In this document: positions 1 to 8,715 of the stretch, piece by piece
How positions within the stretch are numbered: the first letter of the stretch is position 1
How the letters are laid out: every line of letters begins with the position of its first letter
Source: Candidatus Micrarchaeaceae archaeon
GTDB taxonomy: Archaea > Micrarchaeota > Micrarchaeia > Micrarchaeales > CABMGC01
Reading direction: 5' to 3'
Length of the DNA stretch: 17,730 bases
Assembly (NCBI GenBank): GCA_038878295.1
Contig: JAVZVY010000015.1
Span: forward strand, 1-17,730
The notes under the pieces: generated by a model
The model's input: the letters and a program-made list of their open reading frames with translations, nothing else
Told to the model about the DNA's origin: nothing
The model's database searches: none
Program-made: the position numbers and the translations under genes

Positions 1-16
1 AATCTCGGGCTCCCCG
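1..16 (+). tRNA. possible 3' end of a tRNA gene truncated by the window edge
   Basis: AAT-CTCGG-GCTCCCC-G parses as the end of a T-loop, a 5-nt T-stem strand, a 7-nt acceptor strand and a G discriminator. Only 16 nt are visible, so identity cannot be assigned. Confidence 0.3.
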
Positions 17-62
17 TTCAGCCTAAGAGGCCATATATATAGCGATGATTTTGCACCCTTAT

Positions 63-91
63 TCTGTCGTCGAAGCCAAAATCTGTCGTCG
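63..91 (+). repeat. 10-bp direct repeat TCTGTCGTCG, two copies
   Basis: Exact copies at 63-72 and 82-91. Confidence 0.6.
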
Positions 92-161
92 GAAAATTCC
101 GTGCTTCTTAAGGTTGGATTCTAACATGGTTTTACCGTGGAAACGCAGTTTTTTGGATATT

Positions 162-806
162 TTACCTAACATCATTGAGTTTAGTATACATAAACAAAAT
201 AAGGATGCTCGATAAAAATATTGCGCTGCCAACAATATGTCTTATATTACCCATATAAAGACCACGTAGAACTATGATTGGAAGAATTATTAACAGAATA
301 AACAGAATAATGTTCAATGCTAATAGAAAATGCCTACGCTTCGTACGTAATTCCAAACGCTTAAAATTTATGATTTTATACCTTAGATCTATTAATAGTC
401 CAATAATAAAGAAAAATAAGATATCTACAGAAATAAGCGATGTGCCACTGCTTGGGATTCCCAAATAAAGCCAATTTATTGCGGAAGAAATATATGTAGT
501 AAATACCGCTAAGCCGAATACCCAATTAAATGTAAGGTATTTTTTGAGATTTGTAGTACTATGAGAATATAGAAATGCCAAAAAAAGAAAGGCAAAACAT
601 AGAGTACCATTTAGAGAGTAACCCGTTAGAGTAGTTGAATATGAATAATTCTCGATAGGGTTAACCGGACTTGTCGCAAATATAAATAAATTATTCTGCA
701 AGAGCGGTAAACTAACATAAAAATGGTAAATTACGTATAATGTAAAATAAACCAGCATAAATAACAAGATTGGCATCATCGACTTAATTATCAACTTTAG
801 GTTCAT
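162..806 (-). CDS. multi-pass membrane protein, rhomboid-protease-like
   Basis: About 6 hydrophobic helices. SSGTS lies at the start of a TM helix and RHIVG in the last TM, resembling the rhomboid GxS and HxxG catalytic motifs. Start is ATG at 806 (TTG at 815 is an alternative). The gene is very AT-rich. Confidence 0.6.
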   Translation of the reverse strand: MNLKLIIKSMMPILLFMLVYFTLYVIYHFYVSLPLLQNNLFIFATSPVNPIENYSYSTTLTGYSLNGTLCFAFLFLAFLYSHSTTNLKKYLTFNWVFGLAVFTTYISSAINWLYLGIPSSGTSLISVDILFFFIIGLLIDLRYKIINFKRLELRTKRRHFLLALNIILFILLIILPIIVLRGLYMGNIRHIVGSAIFLSSILILFMYTKLNDVR

Positions 807-861
807 GTATCTCAACTACCGTCTATTTCGCTTAATTTCTTCACCGTTTTCCTCTTTAATA

Positions 862-960
862 CTATCTTCGTACCATCTTTATCTTTTTCTTAAACCTTGA
901 CAGACGCATTTTCAGCAATCCGATACGCACCTTTGCTTTCACTTTCTTGGCAATATGCAT
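862..960 (-). CDS. candidate 32-aa highly basic small protein
   Basis: MHIAKKVKAKVRIGLLKMRLSRFKKKIKMVRR*, with GGAGGT (969-974, minus strand) 8 nt upstream of the ATG. Below the ORF-track length cutoff. Confidence 0.3.
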   Translation of the reverse strand: MHIAKKVKAKVRIGLLKMRLSRFKKKIKMVRR

Positions 961-1017
961 GAGGGCTGACCTCCAGCATATGATAAACCATATCTAATTT
1001 TGCTTCCAATTTGCATT

Positions 1018-2076
1018 ATGCACCAGATTACTGTGCTTCCGCTGCATCACGGCAAGGCTCCGAGATGGCTTTTCAACAGAATGGTAAAGCTTGGCGGCGC
1101 CATATCCGAAGTGATAATAGACGAATTCGGCGCCGATGGACTTCTCGCAAGGCTCAGCGACAGCAACTGGCTGCAGGCCCTCGCCTGCACTATTGGCTAT
1201 GACTGGCACAGCAGCGGCTCAACTACTGTTACCATGGGCGCGCTTAAAGAAGCTCTAAACAGCACCGGATGCGTGTTCATAGCCGGAGGCAAAGGCAATG
1301 CTGGAAAATCAACGCCAGACGAAATAGAAAAAGGCTGCGACCTTCTTGGAGTTTCACATTCGGAAAAGCTTGTGGAGTTCAGCAGGCTCGCTGCAAAAGT
1401 CGACTCAAGCATGGTGTATGACAAAATAGGCATATATCACCACACATTTGCGTTTTCCGAAAGCGGCAAATGGTGCGTTGTCCAGCAGGCAATGCGCTAC
1501 AATACAAACGAAGCAATAAGATTCCAATGGTTTAGCGAGACTGTCGATGAGAATGACATAGCTAATGAGCCTCATAGTGGCATTTCTACAACCCTCAAAG
1601 AGGTAAGCGCCGATTTGACATACGAGAAGAACAAGCATATAAGGGAGGGCACCGCCTCTGTGCTCGACGAAGCTAGAAGGATTGTAAAGGAATATCCGTC
1701 AAGGCATGAGATACTGCCTAGTCTTGACATAAGCAAAAAGGGCATAGAGATAATAGAAAGGGCCAGCGAGCTAAGTCCGAAAGATTACAAGGAGCTTCTG
1801 CTTATAAAAGGCGTTGGCAGGAGCACAATACGTTCGCTCGCATTCATAGCGAGCCTGATTTACAACGAGGAAATAGCCTATAGGGACCCTGTTGCGTTTT
1901 CATACAACCTTGGCGGAAAGGACGGCATACCATTCAGGGTTAACAAGAGGACATACGACTCTGTTATAGAAGCGATGCGCCTAATAGTTGATAATGCGCG
2001 TATTGAGCGTAGGGAAAAATATCTGGCTCTGCGAAGACTTAGTTCTGAGGTTGCTGGAGAGAAAGGTAGCGTTTAA
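1018..2076 (+). CDS. DUF763 domain-containing protein
   Basis: Family-typical motifs LPLHHGKAPRWLFNRM, GYDWHSSGSTT, AKVDSS..D, YHHTF, W.VVQQ and GGKDG.PF.V, plus an HhH-like LLLIKGVG. Likely start is ATG 1018 rather than TTG 1000. Confidence 0.88.
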   Translation: MHQITVLPLHHGKAPRWLFNRMVKLGGAISEVIIDEFGADGLLARLSDSNWLQALACTIGYDWHSSGSTTVTMGALKEALNSTGCVFIAGGKGNAGKSTPDEIEKGCDLLGVSHSEKLVEFSRLAAKVDSSMVYDKIGIYHHTFAFSESGKWCVVQQAMRYNTNEAIRFQWFSETVDENDIANEPHSGISTTLKEVSADLTYEKNKHIREGTASVLDEARRIVKEYPSRHEILPSLDISKKGIEIIERASELSPKDYKELLLIKGVGRSTIRSLAFIASLIYNEEIAYRDPVAFSYNLGGKDGIPFRVNKRTYDSVIEAMRLIVDNARIERREKYLALRRLSSEVAGEKGSV

Positions 2077-2274
2077 CACGCAGGCAAGAAGGCAAAAGTT
2101 GCGGTCGATGCGAAAGCACGCAATTACTTGCATGACAGCCACTGTTAGGCATTCGGATAAGTACAGAAGTCATGATCAATAGTATTAGCAAATATGTCAA
2201 AGCAAGACTGCTGAGAGAGCGCAAGATTTCTACATTCTCAAAGCCACAGAAAAATTAAGAATTTTTGCAAGCCA

Positions 2275-2643
2275 ATGTATATTGGTATTGTGGAGCTGGA
2301 TAAAGACACCATTGCCATTGCCGATGCAAATGCGATCGCGCCGCTTCTTGCTGAGATAGTGCTTTATATAGGCGACAGCAGGAAGACCGAAGCAGAAATC
2401 GCAGAACATGCCAATCTTGGAATCAAATTTCTCAGAGAGGATATAAACGCCTTTTATTCCAGGCTCAACGGCAACCCGATTGATATGTTCGTCAACATAT
2501 CAAATGGCGAATATGCTCTCAATGATAGAGGATTTAAACTAGTAAGCGGCGAGCCGAGGCGCATTATCGAAGAAAAGATCAAAGCGTGGAAGAACGCAAA
2601 CGATGAAATTGTCAGGACTCTTTTTGAAAAGCGTAGGAAATGA
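2275..2643 (+). CDS. hypothetical protein (122 aa)
   Basis: ATG-started ORF filling the gap between genes, with globular composition and no recognisable motif. Confidence 0.65.
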   Translation: MYIGIVELDKDTIAIADANAIAPLLAEIVLYIGDSRKTEAEIAEHANLGIKFLREDINAFYSRLNGNPIDMFVNISNGEYALNDRGFKLVSGEPRRIIEEKIKAWKNANDEIVRTLFEKRRK

Positions 2644-2699
2644 GCATGAATAAATACTTTTGGTGCTATTAGTTCTGCATATCTTATTGGGTCAGCGGC

Positions 2700-3437
2700 A
2701 TGCGATTTGTAAGGCAGGATATTTCGCTCTCCAGAGAGGCAAAGGACTTCGCGATAGCGGATGCTGTGCTTACCATAGCATTTACCCTTGCGTTTATTGG
2801 TGGCGCTGCATACCTTGGAACGACTTGGCCGCTTTTCATATACTTTCTGCCGATAATTTTTATAGCTGTGACGCTTAGCTTCGTGCTCCATGAATTCATG
2901 CACAAGATTGTAGCGCAGCGTTTTGGTGCTATCGCTGGCTTCAGAACGTCTATAACAGGGCTTGGAATTACTCTGTTGAGCAGCCTTTTCGGATTTCTGC
3001 TCGGAATTCCAGGAGCCACGGTTATCTACACGAGCAACTTTACAACCAAGGAGGAAGGCATAGTGTCTTTTGCGGGGCCCCTTACCAACTTCTCGATATT
3101 CATAATTTTTCTTATTGCTGGCATAGCCCTTTACGGCAATGTCCTCGGGAGCGTCTACGTCACATTGACAACGCCGCTCAGGATTTCATACCTGCACAAC
3201 GTCATAAACATGGTTCTGTTCATAAGCATACTGCTCGCATTCTTCAACATGCTCCCGATATATCCGCTTGACGGTAGCAAGGTGCTTAGGTGGAGTAAAC
3301 CTATTTATATTTTTACGCTTGCAATCATATTTGTATTGTTTGCAATGATAATAGGGCTTGGCGCAATATTGTTCTCGCTTGTGTTCATGCTCGTATTCGC
3401 ATTCATACTTTCGCTCTTCTACAGAAGGGTGCTTTGA
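2700..3437 (+). CDS. site-2 protease family (peptidase M50) intramembrane Zn-metalloprotease
   Basis: HEFMH (HExxH) within a TM helix, AGPLTN, and FNMLPIYPLDG (NxxPxxxLDG); multiple TM helices. Confidence 0.93.
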   Translation: MRFVRQDISLSREAKDFAIADAVLTIAFTLAFIGGAAYLGTTWPLFIYFLPIIFIAVTLSFVLHEFMHKIVAQRFGAIAGFRTSITGLGITLLSSLFGFLLGIPGATVIYTSNFTTKEEGIVSFAGPLTNFSIFIIFLIAGIALYGNVLGSVYVTLTTPLRISYLHNVINMVLFISILLAFFNMLPIYPLDGSKVLRWSKPIYIFTLAIIFVLFAMIIGLGAILFSLVFMLVFAFILSLFYRRVL

Positions 3438-3444
3438 AGTATGA

Positions 3445-3476
3445 TTATAAAATTTTGCTTGAATAATTTATAGGTG
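3445..3476 (+). promoter_or_regulatory. putative TATA box and RBS of the cdc48-rps6e-eif2g operon
   Basis: TTATAAAA at 3445-3452, about 30 nt before ATG 3483; AGGTG at 3472-3476. Confidence 0.45.
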
Positions 3477-3482
3477 TAGCCC

Positions 3483-5636
3483 ATGACCAATGGCATAGAG
3501 CTCACAGTTGCAGACGCTCCTGTTACCGATTCTGGTAGAGGCTTTGCCAGACTCGATTCGAAATCGATGAAGGAGATCGATGCGACATCTGGAGATATTA
3601 TTGAAGTCAGAGGCAAGATAAAGTCAACGCCAGCTACGGTATGGCAGGCGCATCCGAGCGACGAGGGGCTCGGTTTCATAAGGATAGATGGTTATACAAG
3701 GCAGAACCTTGGTGTAGGCATTGGCGACAAGGTCTTTGTAACAAAGGCTGTTGTGAGGGACGCAGAAAAGGTTGTTCTTGCGCCGCCGATGGGCCAGCGG
3801 GCTCCGCTTTCTCCAGACTTTTCGGACTATGCAAAGAGGAAACTCGAGAACAAGCCCGTATCGAAGGGCGACGCCATACCAATACCTATGTTTGGACTTG
3901 TCTTTACGTTCCTAGTTGTGCAGACGATACCACACGGCATAGTCAAAATTACAAAGGAAACAAACTTCCAGGTAAAGGAGGAGCCTGTATCGGAATCCGT
4001 TGTAAAGGTAGGCGAGGTGCATTACGAAGACATAGGCGGCCTAAAAAATGAGATACAGAAGATAAGGGAGATGGTAGAGCTTCCGATAAGGTACCCAGAG
4101 CTGTTTGAGAGACTTGGTATAGAGCCGCCAAAGGGCATACTGCTCTTCGGACCGCCAGGAACAGGCAAGACACTTCTTGCAAAGGCCGTCGCGAATGAAA
4201 GCGATGCCAATTTTATATCAATATCTGGACCAGAGCTAGTGAGTAAGTTTGTAGGCGAAAGCGAGGAAAGGCTCAGACAGATATTCAAGGACGCAAAGGA
4301 GCATGCGCCATCAATAATATTCATGGATGAAATCGACGCCATAGCGCCGAAGCGCGAGGAAGCTACGAACGAAGTTGAGCGCAGGATGGTTTCACAGCTT
4401 CTTGCGCTGCTTGATGGGATAGGCAGCAGGGGTCAGGTGATCGTCCTTGCGGCGACAAACAGGCCCGATGCAATAGACCCGGCGCTTAGAAGGCCCGGCA
4501 GATTCGACAGGGAAATAGAGATAGGCGTGCCGGATAGAAATGCCAGAAAAGAGATACTTCAGATACACACAAGGAACATGCCGCTAGAAAACGTTGACAT
4601 AGACCAGCTTGCTGACATGACGCATGGCTATACAGGCGCAGACATAAGCGCACTGGCCAGAGAAGCGGCAATGTCAAAGCTAAGAGAGATACTGCCTGTG
4701 ATAATAGACAAGCAGAGCGTGCCTAACGAGCTGCTGCTCAATCTCAAGGTGAGCATGAAGAATTTTCTAGAGGCGTTGCGCAGCATACAACCGAGCGCTC
4801 TCAGGGAAGTATTTGTCGAGAGGCCTAATGTCCACTGGGACGACGTTGGCGGCCTGGAATCCGTAAAGAAAGAGCTGAAAGAAGCAGTAGACCTGCCGCT
4901 GAAGAAGCCCGAGATGTTCGAGAAGATAGGGATAAGACCGGTTAGGGGCGTTCTTCTTGTGGGGCCGCCAGGAACAGGCAAGACACTCCTTGCAAAGGCC
5001 GTTGCGACAGAGCGCGAGTCCAATTTCATATCGATCAAAGGACCTGAAGTGCTGAGCAAATACGTCGGTGAAAGCGAAAAGACGCTCAGGGAGATATTCA
5101 GAAAGGCTAAGCTCGCCGCACCGTGCATAATATTCATAGACGAGATTGATGCCATAGCCAGCGCCAGGGAGTATGGCGAGCTTGAATCTAGGGTTGCAGA
5201 GCGAGTAGTCGACACGCTGCTTACGGAAATGGATGGGCTCGAAGAGCTCAAAAATGTTGTTGTGCTTGCGGCGACAAACAGGCCCGATGCAATAGACCCG
5301 GCGCTTCTGAGGCCCGGCAGATTCGACAAGATAATAGAGATACCAATGCCTGATACAGAGACGCGAAAAGAGATATTCAAAGTGCATATGAAGCACATGC
5401 CTATAGACAAAAGCGTCGATATAGAAAGCCTTGCGGAGATGACCGAGAATTATACTGGCGCTGAAATAGAAAACGTCTGCAGGGAAGCTGGAATGAACGC
5501 GATAAGAAATAATAGGGAAGTGGTAAAGAGGGAAGATTTCGAGAAAGCGCTTGCGGAGGTCAAGCCAGCAATACCGAAGGAGGTTGCCGACAGAATAAAA
5601 AGGTTTAAGGAGGAGCCTACAAGCATGTACAGATAA
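3483..5636 (+). CDS. cdc48: CDC48/VAT family AAA+ ATPase
   Basis: N-domain ([20 protein letters not shown]) followed by two AAA modules, each with GPPGTGKT, a Walker B (IIFMDEID / IIFIDEID) and an SRH ([19 protein letters not shown]). Confidence 0.97.
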   Translation: MTNGIELTVADAPVTDSGRGFARLDSKSMKEIDATSGDIIEVRGKIKSTPATVWQAHPSDEGLGFIRIDGYTRQNLGVGIGDKVFVTKAVVRDAEKVVLAPPMGQRAPLSPDFSDYAKRKLENKPVSKGDAIPIPMFGLVFTFLVVQTIPHGIVKITKETNFQVKEEPVSESVVKVGEVHYEDIGGLKNEIQKIREMVELPIRYPELFERLGIEPPKGILLFGPPGTGKTLLAKAVANESDANFISISGPELVSKFVGESEERLRQIFKDAKEHAPSIIFMDEIDAIAPKREEATNEVERRMVSQLLALLDGIGSRGQVIVLAATNRPDAIDPALRRPGRFDREIEIGVPDRNARKEILQIHTRNMPLENVDIDQLADMTHGYTGADISALAREAAMSKLREILPVIIDKQSVPNELLLNLKVSMKNFLEALRSIQPSALREVFVERPNVHWDDVGGLESVKKELKEAVDLPLKKPEMFEKIGIRPVRGVLLVGPPGTGKTLLAKAVATERESNFISIKGPEVLSKYVGESEKTLREIFRKAKLAAPCIIFIDEIDAIASAREYGELESRVAERVVDTLLTEMDGLEELKNVVVLAATNRPDAIDPALLRPGRFDKIIEIPMPDTETRKEIFKVHMKHMPIDKSVDIESLAEMTENYTGAEIENVCREAGMNAIRNNREVVKREDFEKALAEVKPAIPKEVADRIKRFKEEPTSMYR
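4152..5328 (+). repeat. near-identical nucleotide repeats between the D1 and D2 AAA domains of cdc48
   Basis: 4152-4194 vs 4965-5007 are 41/43 identical. 4446-4509 vs 5265-5328 are 61/64 identical and include a 42-nt perfect match. Confidence 0.85.
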
Positions 5637-5646
5637 TGGTGATTTG

Positions 5647-6048
5647 TTGAAAGTTGTATATTCTGATGCGAAAACCGGAAAAACCGCACAGATAGAAGTG
5701 CAGAAGGAGATGGAGCACGCCCTCATAGGCAAAAAAATAGGCGACGAGATAGAAGGGGGCAGCGTCGATGCGAGCCTGAACGGCATAAAGCTCAAGATAA
5801 CTGGCTTGAGCGATAAGATGGGCGCCCCGTCGAGAAGGGATCTGAGCGGAACAAGGAAGGAGAGAATGCTTCTCGGCAGCGGGGCTGGCATAAGGCCGAA
5901 GGGAAAAGGCTATAGGGCGAGGCGCATGGTCAGGGGCAACATGATAAGCAGCGATACTGAGCAGGTCAATACCGTAATAACGGACGCGGGCGGCGTCGCG
6001 CTTGATGGCTTGTTCAAGAAGAAGGCAGAAAAGAAAGAGGGTGAATAA
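5647..6048 (+). CDS. rps6e: 30S ribosomal protein S6e (eS6)
   Basis: KVVYSDAKTGK, LIGKKIGDEI, LKITGLSDKMGAP, G.R.RRMVRGN and QVN motifs. TTG start (5647 or 5644) follows GGTGA at 5638-5642. Conserved archaeal position upstream of aIF2-gamma. Confidence 0.95.
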   Translation: MKVVYSDAKTGKTAQIEVQKEMEHALIGKKIGDEIEGGSVDASLNGIKLKITGLSDKMGAPSRRDLSGTRKERMLLGSGAGIRPKGKGYRARRMVRGNMISSDTEQVNTVITDAGGVALDGLFKKKAEKKEGE

Positions 6049-7282
6049 AATACCTGCGTATAACGGATTCAAGCAAAGCGAGCTCAACATAGGCACTCTA
6101 GGCCATGTGGATCACGGCAAGACGACGCTAACAGCCGCGATAACAGGCGTATGGACAGACAAGCACAGCGAGAGCGTAAAAAGGAGCATGACGATAAAGT
6201 TAGGCTACGCCGACGCGCTCATAAGGAAATGCAATAACTGTGAAGGTGCCGCTGCATTCACAGTGAAAGACAAATGCGAAAAATGCGGAGGCGATGCTGT
6301 TCCGTTCAGGCGCATATCCATACTTGATGCACCAGGCCATGAAACGCTGATGGCGACGGCGATAGCTGGTTCGAACGTGATAGACGCGGTGCTTTTCGTC
6401 ATAGCCGCCAATGAGGAATGCCCTATGCCCCAAACCAGGGAGCACCTCATGATAATCAACGCTTTAGAAAAAAAGAGCGCAATAATTGTGCAGACAAAGA
6501 TAGACATAGTCGGAAAGGAAGCGGCAGAAAAAAACTACGCGCAGATAAGGAATTTCGTAAAGGGCAGCGTAATAGAGAACGCGCCCATAGTTCCGGTTGT
6601 TGCGAGCAAGAACATCAACATAGACGCTTTGCTTGAGCAGATAGCAAAAATAGAGGTGCCAAAGAGGGACATAGATTCTGATCCTCTCATGTACATAGTA
6701 AGATCTTTCGACGTTAACAAACCAGGGACGCCCATAGAAAGCATGACTGGCGGGGTCGTCGGCGGCTCTATAATAAAAGGAAAATTCAAGGTGGGCGACG
6801 AAATAGAGATAAGGCCAGGCATAAACGTTGCCAGGGACAAATCAAAGAAGGAGATTTACGAGCCGATAATAACCAAAATTGAAAGTTTATCTACAAGCGA
6901 AAACAGGATAGAAGAGGCCTTGCCCGGAGGGCTCATAGCCATAGGCACAGACCTAAACCCGGTGCTTACGAAGGCCGACAGCCTGGTAGGCAATATAGTT
7001 GGTCATGTGGGCAAGCTTCCTGATGTGAAAGACTCACTCGAGCTCGAGTATCATGACCTCAATAGGTCAGATCTGCCTAAGCAGGCATTCAGAGAGGACG
7101 AGCCTTTGATACTCGGCATAGGCACTGGCACAGTAGTTGGTTACGTCAAGAGCGCGAGGAGGAAATCGATAAGCATAGAGCTTAAGCATCCTGTCTGCGT
7201 CGCTGACAACATAAAGATTGCTATGCTGAGAAACTTCGCGCAGAGATGGCGCCTAGTCGGATATGGCGTGGAATTGGCCTAG
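6041..7282 (+). CDS. eif2g: translation initiation factor 2 subunit gamma (aIF2-gamma)
   Basis: GHVDHGKT, RSMTIKLGY, a CxxC..CxxC Zn knuckle, DAPGHE, PQTREH, RSFDVNKPG and C-terminal RWRLVGYG. Start is uncertain (GTG 6041, ATA 6050 or ATG 6005). Confidence 0.96.
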   Translation: MNKIPAYNGFKQSELNIGTLGHVDHGKTTLTAAITGVWTDKHSESVKRSMTIKLGYADALIRKCNNCEGAAAFTVKDKCEKCGGDAVPFRRISILDAPGHETLMATAIAGSNVIDAVLFVIAANEECPMPQTREHLMIINALEKKSAIIVQTKIDIVGKEAAEKNYAQIRNFVKGSVIENAPIVPVVASKNINIDALLEQIAKIEVPKRDIDSDPLMYIVRSFDVNKPGTPIESMTGGVVGGSIIKGKFKVGDEIEIRPGINVARDKSKKEIYEPIITKIESLSTSENRIEEALPGGLIAIGTDLNPVLTKADSLVGNIVGHVGKLPDVKDSLELEYHDLNRSDLPKQAFREDEPLILGIGTGTVVGYVKSARRKSISIELKHPVCVADNIKIAMLRNFAQRWRLVGYGVELA

Positions 7283-7364
7283 CAGCTTTTGCAAAAATTT
7301 CGCTTCCTAAACTGCCGTTTAGAGATGATACGCAATGCTGGGCATTGGTCCGAAAGAATGAGGG

Positions 7365-7394
7365 AGGCCTGCAGGGGGATATGCAGGCCTTTTT
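7365..7394 (+). terminator. hairpin plus T-tract between convergent genes
   Basis: AGGCCTGCA (7365-7373) pairs with TGCAGGCCT (7382-7390) around an 8-nt loop, followed by TTTTCTCTTT. Confidence 0.55.
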
Positions 7395-7399
7395 CTCTT

Positions 7400-7909
7400 T
7401 TACTGTGGAGGTGATATAATAAGTGTGTTGATCGCCTTGCCAGCATCATATTTGTAATAAACCTTGTGACCAAGCTGGAACCTTTCTATGATGCCCTTCT
7501 GATAGAGCTTGTTTAGTCTTGCGCAGGCTGCATTTTTGCCCTTGTAGTGCATCGCTTCTTTAAGATCGTCGGCGCAGACTATGCCCTTTGACTGCACAAA
7601 GAGCAGAACGTTTGTGTCGACTTCAGAGAGAGGAATTTCTCTGCTTTGGGGGACAGCTTGATTCGTTTGGGAATGCTCTTCAGCTGCGTTAATGCCGCTG
7701 AGTCTTTCCTCGATGCTTTTTATCTGCTCTGTGAGCATGTTCAACGCCCTATTTGTGCGCTCCCTTTCATCTATTAGGTACTTGGTAAGGGTTGCTATCG
7801 CATCGCTGCTTGCATCAGGAATAGCGGCGCTTGTTTTAGAAGAAAGCTCGCTTATTTCCTGCTTTATGCGCAGGATTTCCTTTTCAATCTGTTTTTTGTT
7901 CTTAAGCAT
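7400..7909 (-). CDS. coiled-coil protein with C-terminal winged helix-turn-helix, putative transcription regulator
   Basis: N-terminal heptad-like helices; C-terminal LSEVDTNVLLFVQSKG..CADDLKEAMHY..KNAACARLNKLYQKGIIER..GHKVYY is a wHTH pattern. Likely start is ATG 7909, with GGTG 5 nt upstream; the ORF extends to 7957. Confidence 0.8.
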   Translation of the reverse strand: MLKNKKQIEKEILRIKQEISELSSKTSAAIPDASSDAIATLTKYLIDERERTNRALNMLTEQIKSIEERLSGINAAEEHSQTNQAVPQSREIPLSEVDTNVLLFVQSKGIVCADDLKEAMHYKGKNAACARLNKLYQKGIIERFQLGHKVYYKYDAGKAINTLIISPPQ

Positions 7910-7920
7910 GAAAGCACCAT

Positions 7921-7993
7921 TCATGATTTTTTCATAAACCATTCGTGAAAGAATCACGATTCAATCATGTTTAGTAGCATAAAGATATTTAAA
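7921..7993 (-). promoter_or_regulatory. promoter (TTTAAATA, minus strand 7986-7993) followed by five 11-bp-phased TCRYGA-like hexamers, a putative operator array
   Basis: TCATGA 7921, TCATAA 7932, TCGTGA 7943, TCACGA 7954, TCATGT 7965. The array includes the perfect palindrome TCGTGA-N5-TCACGA. Confidence 0.65.
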
Positions 7994-8210
7994 GCTTATT
8001 TTATTTCCTAAAACTTCCGATTACATGCAAATAATAGCTATTGCATAGCGCTTATATGCCTGTATCCCTTTTCTTCGAGGAGAACCTGCAACCGAAAGGA
8101 ATATTTAATCTATTGAATATATATTTATCCGCGCATATTTGGCATGCTTGAATGCATTGGCATGGCCAGAAATGCAGGCGACGCGACGACGGCAAACTGC
8201 AAGTGGTAAG

Positions 8211-8714
8211 ATGCAACATCTGCTTATACCAAAAGAGAGGGTTAAGCTGCTAACAGGCAAGGCATTGGCAGAACTCGAGCGCAAGCTGGAATGCAGAATA
8301 AAGATCAGCGACGAGAACTCAGTTATGCTCGAAGGCAGCGAATACAACGAATTCAATGCGAAGAACGTTATTACCGCTTTCGGCAGAGGCTTCGATATTA
8401 AAAGCGCGTGCAAGCTTCTTAGCGATGATGTTTTCCTGAAGATAGTAAACTTGAAGGACTTATTCAAAAACGACGACAGAATAAGAGTGATTAAGGGCAG
8501 GGTCATAGGCAAGGGAGGCAAATCTAAGAAGTATATAGAGTCGGTAAGCGGTACTGAAATCTGCGTATACGGCAACACCATAAGCATAATAGGCACTCCA
8601 GATGAGATAAACATAGCTGCGAAGGGCATAGAGCTGCTTTTGGAGGGAGCGCCGCACAGCAAGGCTTATGCGGTAATCGAGCAGATGCGCAAAAAGCTTA
8701 AAATGAGGGTTTAA
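8211..8714 (+). CDS. KH-domain RNA-binding ribosome biogenesis protein (Dim2/Pno1 family)
   Basis: IPKERV start, AFGRGF, RVIKGRVIGKGGKSK (GxxG), ICVYGNTISIIG and LLEGAPHS.AY motifs. Conserved archaeal position upstream of top6B. Likely start is ATG 8211. Confidence 0.9.
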   Translation: MQHLLIPKERVKLLTGKALAELERKLECRIKISDENSVMLEGSEYNEFNAKNVITAFGRGFDIKSACKLLSDDVFLKIVNLKDLFKNDDRIRVIKGRVIGKGGKSKKYIESVSGTEICVYGNTISIIGTPDEINIAAKGIELLLEGAPHSKAYAVIEQMRKKLKMRV

Positions 8715-8715
8715 G

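Noticed and set aside
2097..2214. Bulged hairpin with a GAAA tetraloop (2097-2125) and weak C/D-box-like words (ATGATCA, CTGA) downstream of DUF763
   Set aside because: The inner stem is only 3 bp and the box spacing is too short with no clear C'/D' pair, so this is compatible with chance.
4628..5891. Long antisense ORFs (260 aa and 374 aa) opposite cdc48/rps6e
   Set aside because: These are shadow frames of conserved genes with no motifs. The same applies to the other overlapping ORFs in the track.
7321..7356. GATGA...stem...GAAA arrangement suggestive of a hammerhead ribozyme
   Set aside because: It lacks the CUGANGA core, and no closing stems I/III can be formed.
7910..7957. Longer N-terminus of the wHTH ORF from GTG 7957
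   Set aside because: It overlaps the phased hexamer array and expected 5' UTR, whereas ATG 7909 has a GGTG RBS at the usual spacing.
8139..8210. N-terminal extension of the KH ORF
   Set aside because: Family similarity begins at ATG 8211 (MQHLLIPKERV); the upstream part looks like translated intergenic DNA.
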